Assembly: GCA_964370325.1 (NCBI GenBank)
Contig: CAYJIV010000003.1
Span: 4,334 to 29,537 of the forward strand
Reading direction: 5' to 3'
Length of the DNA: 25,204 nucleotides
DNA from: an uncultured Eubacteriales bacterium
GTDB lineage: Bacteria; Bacillota; Clostridia; Oscillospirales; Acutalibacteraceae
The translations under genes and the position numbers were made by a program. Under the pieces are notes generated by a model. That model was not told where the DNA came from. It was given only the letters and a program-made list of their open reading frames with translations, and made no database searches. Each line of letters opens with the position of its first letter. The first letter of the stretch is position 1. Of the stretch, positions 16,183-24,317 are shown one piece after another.

Positions 16183-17943
16183 ATGAAATTCAGCGGATTT
16201 ACAAAAGGATTAAAACAACTTGCATCTTATTATAAACCATATAAAAAAGTATTTTTCTGGGATTTATTCTTTTCAACCTTGAGTTCAGCCATAGCTTTAA
16301 CGATACCAATGCTGGTGCGCCATGTCACAGATAACATCGCAGCTATGACAAAAGATGAATCGCTTGTGCTGGTTTTGCAGTTTGGAGCAGTAGTAGCCGG
16401 ATTACTTTTAATGCACCTTGCGTGTGATATGTTTATTGTTTATTACGGAAAATTGATGGGTGCAAATATTGAAAAAGATATGCGCTCTGAGTTGTTCCGG
16501 CACTATCAGAAATTATCTTTTAGCTTTTTTGATAACCAAAAAGTCGGTAAATTGATGTCCCGCATAACTGTGGATTTGGTTAACGTCAGCGAGCTTATGC
16601 ACCATGCACCGGAAGAAATGGTTATTTCCGTGGCAAGAATAGTTGGTGCGTTTGTCATCTTTTTCAATATTAACTATCGTCTTGCACTGGTGCTGCTGGT
16701 TATGTTTTTGATTATAGTGATATTTTCGTGGTATTACATGCCGAAGTTGAACACAGCTTTTATTAAAAACCATTCAAGAACAGCAGAAATCAATGCGCAG
16801 GTGGAGGACAGCCTTTCTGGGATAAAAGTCGTGAAATCATTTGCAAACGAGGATGTGGAAATCCGTAAATTTGAGATGCGCAACGCGGATTTTGTTACAA
16901 GCAAAAAAGAATTGTTTAAAATAATGAGCCGTTTTTATTCAGGATTTTTGTTTTTCATTATGGGTTTAATTCCTGCAATTATAGTGTTTGCGATATTGTT
17001 TATGATAAATTTTGATACTTCTATTAGTGATTTGATTACGTTTGTACTTTATGAAAGTGTCATAGTAGGGCCTATGTTTGTGCTGCTGGAGCTAGTTGAG
17101 CAATTTCAGGAAAGCACAGCCGGTTACAGGCGTTTCCGGGAAATGATGCAGGTAAAGCCTGACATGACGGATAAGCCTGATGCTGTGGAGCTTAGTGATG
17201 TTCAAGGTGATATTTCGTTTCAGAATGTTTCATTTCATTATAAGAGAAACAAAAATAAAAATATTGTTCAAGGTATTAATTTAAACATAAAAAGCGGGGA
17301 ATATATTGCGTTGGTTGGAGCGTCAGGTTCGGGTAAATCGACGCTGTGTAATTTGATTCCGCGGTTTTATGATGCTTCTGAAGGCGCGGTTTTAGTAGAC
17401 GGTATGGATGTGCGTGATGTAACTGCTAAAAGCCTTAGAAAAAGCATCGGGACTGTACAGCAGGTCGTACACTTGTTTGCGGATACAATTTATGAGAATA
17501 TAAGGTATGGCGATATGACGGCAACTAAAGAGCAAGTTATTGAAGCTGCTAAAAAGGCGCATGCGCATGAATTTATTATGAATTTCCCGGATGGCTATAA
17601 TACGAACGTTGGACAAAGAGGAGCGCGGCTTTCCGGTGGGCAAAGGCAACGCATAGCTATTGCAAGAGTGTTTTTGAAGAATCCGTCGATTCTGATTTTT
17701 GATGAAGCCACCTCCGCACTAGATAACGAAAGTGAGCAGTTTATACAGATGTCTATGGAGGATCTTGCATCTAACCGCACAACAATTGTAATAGCGCACA
17801 GACTTTCCACGATCCAGGACGCGGACAGAATCTTAGTTATGGATGAGGGTAAAATTGCTGAAGAAGGTACTCATGAGGAGCTGCTCAAACTGGACGGCAT
17901 TTATGCCGGATTTTACAATGCAACATCGATTACACTAAGTTAA
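16183..17943 (+). CDS. ABC exporter, fused permease + ATPase half transporter (MsbA/multidrug-like)
   Basis: About 6 TM helices, Walker A GASGSGKST, LIPRFYD, signature LSGGQRQR, IFDEATSALD, IAHRLST. No N-terminal C39 peptidase domain. Confidence 0.92.
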   Translation: MKFSGFTKGLKQLASYYKPYKKVFFWDLFFSTLSSAIALTIPMLVRHVTDNIAAMTKDESLVLVLQFGAVVAGLLLMHLACDMFIVYYGKLMGANIEKDMRSELFRHYQKLSFSFFDNQKVGKLMSRITVDLVNVSELMHHAPEEMVISVARIVGAFVIFFNINYRLALVLLVMFLIIVIFSWYYMPKLNTAFIKNHSRTAEINAQVEDSLSGIKVVKSFANEDVEIRKFEMRNADFVTSKKELFKIMSRFYSGFLFFIMGLIPAIIVFAILFMINFDTSISDLITFVLYESVIVGPMFVLLELVEQFQESTAGYRRFREMMQVKPDMTDKPDAVELSDVQGDISFQNVSFHYKRNKNKNIVQGINLNIKSGEYIALVGASGSGKSTLCNLIPRFYDASEGAVLVDGMDVRDVTAKSLRKSIGTVQQVVHLFADTIYENIRYGDMTATKEQVIEAAKKAHAHEFIMNFPDGYNTNVGQRGARLSGGQRQRIAIARVFLKNPSILIFDEATSALDNESEQFIQMSMEDLASNRTTIVIAHRLSTIQDADRILVMDEGKIAEEGTHEELLKLDGIYAGFYNATSITLS

Positions 17944-17971
17944 CGAGAAAATCAATTCAGAAGGGGAACAT

Positions 17972-18829
17972 ATGGAGCCGGCAAATTTATCTAATATTGG
18001 CACTGTAAAAAATGTAATAAATAAGTACGGATTTCAATTTTCAAAAAGTTTGGGGCAAAATTTTATAATTAACAAATCAATTTGCCCCCGAATGGCTAAA
18101 GAATGTGTGTCATCTGCCGATATAGGTGTGATTGAGGTTGGGCCGGGAATTGGCGCTTTGACTTTAGAGCTTGCAAAGCTAGCTAGAAAAGTTGTTGCAG
18201 TTGAGCTGGATAAGCGTTTAATACCAATTTTAAGTGAAACAACGGCTGATTTTAAAAACATAAAAGTTATCAATGCGGATATTTTAAAAACAGATTTAAA
18301 CGCATTAATTAAGAGTGAGTTTGCTGGGTTTAAAACTGTAAATATTTGTGCGAATTTGCCTTATTACATAACTTCGCAAGTTATAATGCATTTGCTTGAG
18401 GGCAATTTTGACATTAATTCTATTGTGGTTATGGTGCAAAAGGAAGCGGCGGAGCGGATTTGCGCCAAGCCGGGTACTCGTGAATCCGGAGCGATTAGTC
18501 TTGCAGTGAGGTATTATTCCGGGCCGAAAATATTATTTCACGTAAGCAAAGGCAGTTTTATGCCCGCTCCGAACGTGGATTCCAGCGTTATAAAAATTGA
18601 TGTGAACAAAAGCAAATACACTAATATAAAAGATAAAGAAATGTTTTTCAAATTAGTTAAAGCAGCATTTGGCAAGCGGAGAAAGACTATTTTAAACGCT
18701 TTGAGTTCGGGGTTAGATTTGCCTAAGGAAGATGTAAAGTTAAAACTTTCCGAAGCGAATATTGCAGAAAATTCAAGGGCGGAGCAGTTATCATTTGAAG
18801 ATTTTGCTGTGTTGACGTCTGTATTTTGA
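17972..18829 (+). CDS. rsmA: 16S rRNA m6,2A1518/A1519 dimethyltransferase
   Basis: KSLGQNF, VIEVGPGIGALT, ANLPYYIT, MVQKE, FMPAPNVDS, F.KRRKT, RAEQL. Confidence 0.97.
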   Translation: MEPANLSNIGTVKNVINKYGFQFSKSLGQNFIINKSICPRMAKECVSSADIGVIEVGPGIGALTLELAKLARKVVAVELDKRLIPILSETTADFKNIKVINADILKTDLNALIKSEFAGFKTVNICANLPYYITSQVIMHLLEGNFDINSIVVMVQKEAAERICAKPGTRESGAISLAVRYYSGPKILFHVSKGSFMPAPNVDSSVIKIDVNKSKYTNIKDKEMFFKLVKAAFGKRRKTILNALSSGLDLPKEDVKLKLSEANIAENSRAEQLSFEDFAVLTSVF

Positions 18830-18880
18830 TTGATTTTTTGTGTAATTTTGTTGTTTGTTATATACAATTTTAAACTATAT

Positions 18881-18891
18881 TGTGATATAAT
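18881..18891 (+). promoter_or_regulatory. Extended -10 promoter element for the PP2C sensor gene
   Basis: TGTGATATAAT (TG-n-TATAAT) ending 26 nt upstream of the ATG at 18918. Confidence 0.55.
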
Positions 18892-18917
18892 CTGGATAAG
18901 TAAATGGCAAAGGGAAG

Positions 18918-21272
18918 ATGCTGATGTTTAAAAAATTAAGTAAATTTGGAATAGGCACAAAAATTCTATTGATAATTCTTCTGGTTTCGATGGTTGCTCA
19001 ATTGGCGACGGGAATTTTATCTTACATCAGTATAATAAGGCTTGCAAATTATTCAAAAGAAGAAGCTGCCAGTTTGGGTATCTATGCGTCCGGAAGCAGT
19101 GAATACGCGCTTAAAAATCAAGCGGAATCTTACTTAAAAGAAGTTTCAGGTTCTTTAGCAGATGTTTCTGATTCCGTGCTCGAAGAAGTCAGCGACCAGG
19201 TTTTGAGTTATTGTGATGGTCTGGAAGATATTTATAAATATAATCGAAACTCTGGCGGAACTATTCCGCCGTTACCTGAAACAACAACTGAAGGCAGTGA
19301 TTCCAACAGAGATTCCGCTTCAGAAAAGGCTTATGCTGTAGATTCTCAAAACACGTCTTATGAAAAGGATGTTGTTCTTGCGCATAGCTTGGATGAATAT
19401 CCTAATGAATATTTAAACGAAATTTACAAAACGGATATAACTAGCTGGATGAAGCTTACAGATAAAGAAAGAGAAACGATTCAAAAATCAAAAGTTGTGG
19501 TTTCGAATAACAGGATGCCGCAGAATATTCGTGAAGAGTTAAAGTTAGTTAGTAATTCTGTAGATATAGCAAAACCTCTTTATGTTGGCAATGTGGCTAT
19601 TTCGAGCATTTATCTCGGAACTGAAAGCGGTATATCTTACAGGTATTCTCCGTACATACCTTCTGCCAGATATGACCCACGTCTGAGGCCGTGGTATATT
19701 GATGCAGTAAATGCAAAGAAGAAGAAAAAGAATATTCCCGTGTGGCAGAGTTCCTATTTGAGCATTAGTGGCGGGACGTTGTGTATAACTTGCTCCAAGG
19801 CTTTTTGTGACAAAGACGGCAAAATTCTGGGTGTTGCTGCTATAGATATGCACTTGGAAAACGTCAACAAATATATAATAAACGCTAAATTGGGAGAATC
19901 CGGCTTTGCATTTGTAGTGGATAATTCTGGTAAAATCATTATGCATCCTGACTATAAATCAGGGGAAAACGAGAACTTTAACACAGAACCTTTAAATGAC
20001 AGTACAATAGATGACACTTACCACAATTTGATTCTGAATATGATGTCCGGCAAAAGCGGAGTGGAGGTTGCCCGGATTAATGGTAAAGAATACTACGCGG
20101 CGTATTCTCCGATGGTAACGTCCAATTGGTCTTTGGGGACAACCGCGGAAGTGGAGGAGATTATCAAACCCGCTGTAGACGCCAAAACTGTTATAACAGA
20201 TTCAGCAGAAGAAACCCGCGCACACATTAATAACGACCTTATAGGCGTATCGATACAGTTCTTTATTGTATTTGTGATATGTTTAGTTTTGGTGTATATA
20301 ATCGGCGTGAGGATGGCAAAAGATGTTGTTAAGCCGCTTGAAAAGTTGAAGTCCGAAGCCGCGCGTATCGGGAGCGGAGATTTCTCTATTAAAATACATG
20401 TGGAATCTAATGATGAAATCGGGCAGCTGGCAGGGTCTTTCAACAAAATGGCTGGAGATTTGCAGCAATATGTTAAGGAGTTGGCACATACTACTGCAGA
20501 AAAGCAGAAAATTCAAAGTGAGCTGACTATCGCGAAGCAAATTCAGTCCAGTATGCTTCCTCGTATTTTTCCGGCTTTTCCGGATAGAAAAGATTTTGAT
20601 ATTTATGCGCTTATGGACCCTGCAAAAGAAATCGGAGGAGATTTTTATGATTTCTTCTTTGTAGATAATAATAATCTGGCTTTAGTAATGTCCGATGTTT
20701 CAGGGAAAGGTATTTCTGCGGCGCTTATAATGGTAATCGCAAAGACGCTTATTAAAAATCAGATGCAGGCGGGCAGTTCACCGGCCGAAGCGTTCGAGAT
20801 TGTAAATAATCAGCTTTTTGAAAACAATGATGCAGGAATGTTCGTAACGAGTTTTGCGGGCGTAATTAACCTTAGAACAGGGAAGTTTACTTACGCGAAT
20901 GCAGGGCATAATCCGCCTTTGATTTATAAAGACGAAACAGACAAATATGAATGGCTGAAGAAGCCACGCGGATTTGTGCTTGGCGGAATGAAAAACATGA
21001 AGTATACTGACAGTGTACTAAGTATTGCAAAAGGCGATTTGCTTTACCTTTATACTGACGGCGTTACTGAAGCGATGAATCCGGCAAATGAGCTTTTCTC
21101 CGAGGAAAGATTGGAGAATATTCTGAATGACCCGAATACTAAAAAATTAAATCTTAAAGAGTTAATAACAAGTCTGCGTAAAGATATAGATATTTTCGCG
21201 GACGGTGCGGAGCGCGCGGATGACATTACTATGTTGGCTTTCAGAAGTTTTGATATTCCTCCTGAAAATTAG
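18918..21272 (+). CDS. Membrane sensor phosphatase: TM-dCache_1-TM-HAMP-SpoIIE/RsbU-type PP2C
   Basis: Two TM helices flank a Cache domain (YDPRLRPWY). HAMP (DEIGQLAGSFNKM). PP2C motifs IGGDFYD, SDVSGKG, NAGHNPP, YTDGVTEA, DDIT. Confidence 0.92.
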   Translation: MLMFKKLSKFGIGTKILLIILLVSMVAQLATGILSYISIIRLANYSKEEAASLGIYASGSSEYALKNQAESYLKEVSGSLADVSDSVLEEVSDQVLSYCDGLEDIYKYNRNSGGTIPPLPETTTEGSDSNRDSASEKAYAVDSQNTSYEKDVVLAHSLDEYPNEYLNEIYKTDITSWMKLTDKERETIQKSKVVVSNNRMPQNIREELKLVSNSVDIAKPLYVGNVAISSIYLGTESGISYRYSPYIPSARYDPRLRPWYIDAVNAKKKKKNIPVWQSSYLSISGGTLCITCSKAFCDKDGKILGVAAIDMHLENVNKYIINAKLGESGFAFVVDNSGKIIMHPDYKSGENENFNTEPLNDSTIDDTYHNLILNMMSGKSGVEVARINGKEYYAAYSPMVTSNWSLGTTAEVEEIIKPAVDAKTVITDSAEETRAHINNDLIGVSIQFFIVFVICLVLVYIIGVRMAKDVVKPLEKLKSEAARIGSGDFSIKIHVESNDEIGQLAGSFNKMAGDLQQYVKELAHTTAEKQKIQSELTIAKQIQSSMLPRIFPAFPDRKDFDIYALMDPAKEIGGDFYDFFFVDNNNLALVMSDVSGKGISAALIMVIAKTLIKNQMQAGSSPAEAFEIVNNQLFENNDAGMFVTSFAGVINLRTGKFTYANAGHNPPLIYKDETDKYEWLKKPRGFVLGGMKNMKYTDSVLSIAKGDLLYLYTDGVTEAMNPANELFSEERLENILNDPNTKKLNLKELITSLRKDIDIFADGAERADDITMLAFRSFDIPPEN

Positions 21273-21295
21273 TTAAAGGGGATATAAAGGGTATA

Positions 21296-22150
21296 ATGGA
21301 ATTAAAAGTTGCGAAAACGGCAGGGTTTTGTTTTGGAGTGAATAATGCCATTGAAACCGTGAACTCCTTGCTAAGCAGTGGTGAGAAAGTTTGCACACTT
21401 GGTTCAATAATTCATAATCCGCAGGTTGTCGAAAATTTTCAAAGCAGAGGAGTTCTAGTAGTCAACGACCCCGCGGAAGTGTTGCAGGGATATACCTTAG
21501 TTATACGTTCTCATGGAATTGCGCTTGAAGTTTTGGAGAAAATAAAAGAAATGGACATAAAATATGTGGATGCAACTTGCCCGTTCGTTAAAAAAATCCA
21601 TAAAATTGCTGATGTACAGACGAAAAACAGAGAAATGGTTTTAATCGGCGGAGATGAAAGTCATCCGGAAGTAATAGGAATTCGCAGTTACTGCAAGGGT
21701 GCAAGTTATACTTTTAATAAACTTGAAGATCTGGAAAAAATTTTGAATGACCATCCGGAACTGAAGGAAAATAAAGTTGTGATTTTATCTCAAACCACAT
21801 TTAGCTTGCCTGAGTGGTTAAAGTGTATTAAATTCATTGATAGCGTCTTGCAAGATGTAGAAATTTTTGATACCATATGCATCACAACGAGTCTGAGGCA
21901 GCAAGAAGCGGAAAAGTTATCAAAAATATGTGATTTAATGATAGTTATCGGTGGGAAGCAAAGCTCAAACACAGCAAAACTTTATGATATTTGCAAGAAA
22001 AATACCAATACTATTTTTGTGGAAAGCGCAAAAGAAACAACAGCTGAAATGTTGAAAAACCATGATGTAATAGGTATTACTGCAGGTGCGTCAACACCAA
22101 AACATGTTGTTGAAGAAGTCAGGAAACTTATATTATTGCTAAAGAAATAG
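21296..22150 (+). CDS. ispH: 4-hydroxy-3-methylbut-2-enyl diphosphate reductase (stand-alone)
   Basis: Three Fe-S cysteines (GFCFGV, DATCPFV, DTIC) plus IIHN, RSHG, HPEV, SSNT and ITAGASTP. Confidence 0.96.
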   Translation: MELKVAKTAGFCFGVNNAIETVNSLLSSGEKVCTLGSIIHNPQVVENFQSRGVLVVNDPAEVLQGYTLVIRSHGIALEVLEKIKEMDIKYVDATCPFVKKIHKIADVQTKNREMVLIGGDESHPEVIGIRSYCKGASYTFNKLEDLEKILNDHPELKENKVVILSQTTFSLPEWLKCIKFIDSVLQDVEIFDTICITTSLRQQEAEKLSKICDLMIVIGGKQSSNTAKLYDICKKNTNTIFVESAKETTAEMLKNHDVIGITAGASTPKHVVEEVRKLILLLKK

Positions 22151-22185
22151 ATTAGAATTTCATAAATTATTCAGGAGGTTTTATT

Positions 22186-22404
22186 GTGGGAGAGAATGAA
22201 AAAAACATGCAAAAAATCGGTGACGATGAGCTGGAAAATGTGTCTGGAGGATATGAAAGAAGAACACCGATGGATGGCTTTAGCAAAGGTTTTTTCAGAC
22301 CTAGAGCCTTACTGAAATTCCAAAAAAGTCCTGCTGTTCTTGACCCCTCGCATGCGCAGGAAGAAAGCTCTGATTTCTCTGGTGAAGCCGATGAGGAAAT
22401 TTAA
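22186..22404 (+). CDS. Small peptide with double-glycine-type leader (72 aa, GTG start)
   Basis: Strong AGGAGG RBS 7 nt upstream. Leader ending IGDDELENVSGG matches the LSxxELxxIxGG pattern. Downstream terminator at 22427-22458. Confidence 0.7.
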   Translation: MGENEKNMQKIGDDELENVSGGYERRTPMDGFSKGFFRPRALLKFQKSPAVLDPSHAQEESSDFSGEADEEI

Positions 22405-23597
22405 TTAATTAAATACAATTTTTTTTGAGGGGTGCAGAGCGGCACCCCTCCGTTTTTTGTGACCAATACCATTTCTTCAATGGAACCGCCGTTTTTGATT
22501 TGTATTCTCGGTTCGATGGTATAAACTCCGTTTTCTTGAAGATATAATTCTGCTCTTTTATGACCTTTAGGCGAAAGACTTGTTCCGGGGCTGTGCGCCA
22601 GCTCACCTATTGGATGACCGGTGGAATGATTGTAATTTGGAAATCCATTTTTAATTATATGATTTCTGACTATTTCATCAATTTCATAACCTTTTTTCTC
22701 CGGTGTACAGTTTTGAATTCCTAATTCTACCGCTTCAACTAATGTATAAAATATGTGTTGAACATCTTCCGGTGCGCGGTGCTCGCCGAGTTTTAAAGCA
22801 TAGCCCATGCGCTGAATGTCGCTTGAATATTTTTGCCCGTCTGCCAGAGTGATTTTAACTCCGAAATCAAAATATATAGTGTATCCGGGTTTTAGTTTTT
22901 CGTTCCCTGCAGCGCAATGCCCGCCTTTGGACAAATTCGGTCCCACAAGGACTATCGGGCACTGTTCTTTCTCCCAAGCAAATTCTTCGTGTATGATTTT
23001 ATACGTTTTAAAGTGCGCGGGCTTGGTTTTGAAAATGTTGTGAACAAGTACTGCGATTTGTTTTTCCGTCATGCCGATTTTTATTTTTTTGAAAGCGGTA
23101 CTTAATATATTCAATGCTCTGTTTGCAGCAATTTTTAAATATTTTATGTCTTCCTCGCTTTTTTTGCTCATCAGACTGTATATTATTTCGTCAGCGGAGC
23201 GCAAGGTTAGTGCAGTCTTGAACGCATTTTGATATATTTTTGAAATGTTGTCGTGAAGAAAGCGATATGTCCCGTAGCCTAAAACATCCGTTATGGCATC
23301 CAATTTATCAGAATAATTTAGATATATATTTTCAGGAAATCCAAGTGTTTTCAAAATTTTTTCTATATTCTGAACCAAAGAATTTTCATTTGAATAAATA
23401 ATGACTTCTCCGTCCAAATCTTTGATGTTGTCATAATCCAAGCTGTGAGTTATCAAAAATATTTTTTTGTGGCTTACGATTGCAACAGAAGGCACAATTG
23501 TTTTATTTGTAATAAATTTAGAAAAATATGGGTCGCTGTTTTCAGCGTTATACATAAACCAAACGGAATTATTGTCAAGAAAGTCAGTGGATATCAA
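22401..23597 (-). CDS. M24 family metallopeptidase (Xaa-Pro aminopeptidase-like; TTG start)
   Basis: Pita-bread fold metal ligands: YFDFG (D), YSSDIQR (D), HSTGHPIG..AH (H), YTIEP (E), SIEEMV (E). Confidence 0.88.
   Translation of the reverse strand: MISTDFLDNNSVWFMYNAENSDPYFSKFITNKTIVPSVAIVSHKKIFLITHSLDYDNIKDLDGEVIIYSNENSLVQNIEKILKTLGFPENIYLNYSDKLDAITDVLGYGTYRFLHDNISKIYQNAFKTALTLRSADEIIYSLMSKKSEEDIKYLKIAANRALNILSTAFKKIKIGMTEKQIAVLVHNIFKTKPAHFKTYKIIHEEFAWEKEQCPIVLVGPNLSKGGHCAAGNEKLKPGYTIYFDFGVKITLADGQKYSSDIQRMGYALKLGEHRAPEDVQHIFYTLVEAVELGIQNCTPEKKGYEIDEIVRNHIIKNGFPNYNHSTGHPIGELAHSPGTSLSPKGHKRAELYLQENGVYTIEPRIQIKNGGSIEEMVLVTKNGGVPLCTPQKKLYLIN
22427..22458 (+). terminator. Intrinsic terminator embedded in the antisense M24 peptidase coding sequence
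   Basis: Perfect 9-bp GC-rich stem GAGGGGTGC-(AGAGCG)-GCACCCCTC followed by CGTTTTTT on the plus strand. Confidence 0.7.
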
Positions 23598-23713
23598 GTT
23601 GAACCCTCTTTCACATATACTTTTTGTTATTTCTCACCGTAGGCAGGAAATAACAGTAGAACTAGTGTAAAATATGTATGTAAATTTTTTAGATACTATT
23701 ATAATTGACTTGG

Positions 23714-24265
23714 GTGATAAAAATAAAAAAGGACTTGAACATTACCGTAGAATGTGCGGCTGTGATTGCGCTTTGCACAATACTAAGTTATATAAAAATT
23801 TTCAGAATGCCGTATGGTGGGTCTATAACGTTAGCCAGTATGGCACCGTTGATGTTGCTGTCTTTCAGAAGGGGTGCTAAAATCGGACTTTGCACAGGTT
23901 TTACATATGGACTTTTGAGAATTATATTGTCTTTTGATATTCCTCCGGCGGGCAATTTTATGTCATTAATACTAGTTTGCATAATGGATTATTTATTAGC
24001 TTATGTTGTTATTGGTTTAGCTTCAGTGTTCACTTTCGGAATCAGAAAGAAATCTATTGCGATTTTCGCTGCTGCATTTACTGCCGGATTTATAAAATAT
24101 GTAATCAGTGTTTTATCCGGAGTGCTGATATGGCAAAACTACGTTGCTCATGAGCAATCTGTGTGGATATATTCGACAATCTATAATGCAAGCTATATGC
24201 TGCCGGAAATTATTATAGCATCTTTTGCATGTGCTTTAGTTGGCAAATATTTGAGATTTATATAA
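23714..24265 (+). CDS. thiT: ECF S-component, ThiT-like thiamine transporter (start codon uncertain)
   Basis: ECAAVIAL..LS, MPYGGSIT, R.G...G...GF.YG, DYLLAY, SGVLIW, YS.IYNASY, with about 6 TM helices. Confidence 0.8.
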   Translation: MIKIKKDLNITVECAAVIALCTILSYIKIFRMPYGGSITLASMAPLMLLSFRRGAKIGLCTGFTYGLLRIILSFDIPPAGNFMSLILVCIMDYLLAYVVIGLASVFTFGIRKKSIAIFAAAFTAGFIKYVISVLSGVLIWQNYVAHEQSVWIYSTIYNASYMLPEIIIASFACALVGKYLRFI

Positions 24266-24296
24266 AAAACAGCAGTGTAAAAAATTCACACTGTTG
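24263..24296 (-). terminator. Probable terminator between convergent thiT and corA
   Basis: Inverted repeat CAGCAGTGT...ACACTGTTG (24270-24296) with a T6 tract on the minus strand. Confidence 0.55.
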
Positions 24297-24317
24297 GGGA
24301 TAATAGATTTACCTTTT

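Noticed and set aside
16183..17943. ABC exporter as the dedicated transporter for the double-glycine peptide
   Set aside because: It lacks the N-terminal C39 peptidase domain needed for GG-leader cleavage and is separated from the peptide by three unrelated genes.
3617..20540. Numerous antisense ORFs of 60-182 aa in the ORF track (e.g. 3617..4054, 13531..13902, 14099..14476, 14841..15389, 19545..19946)
   Set aside because: They lie opposite well-conserved genes, have no recognisable motifs, and are the expected shadow ORFs.
22401..23597. M24 peptidase as the maturation enzyme of the adjacent peptide
   Set aside because: Only adjacency supports it. The genes are convergent, and M24 enzymes are exopeptidases that do not cleave GG leaders.
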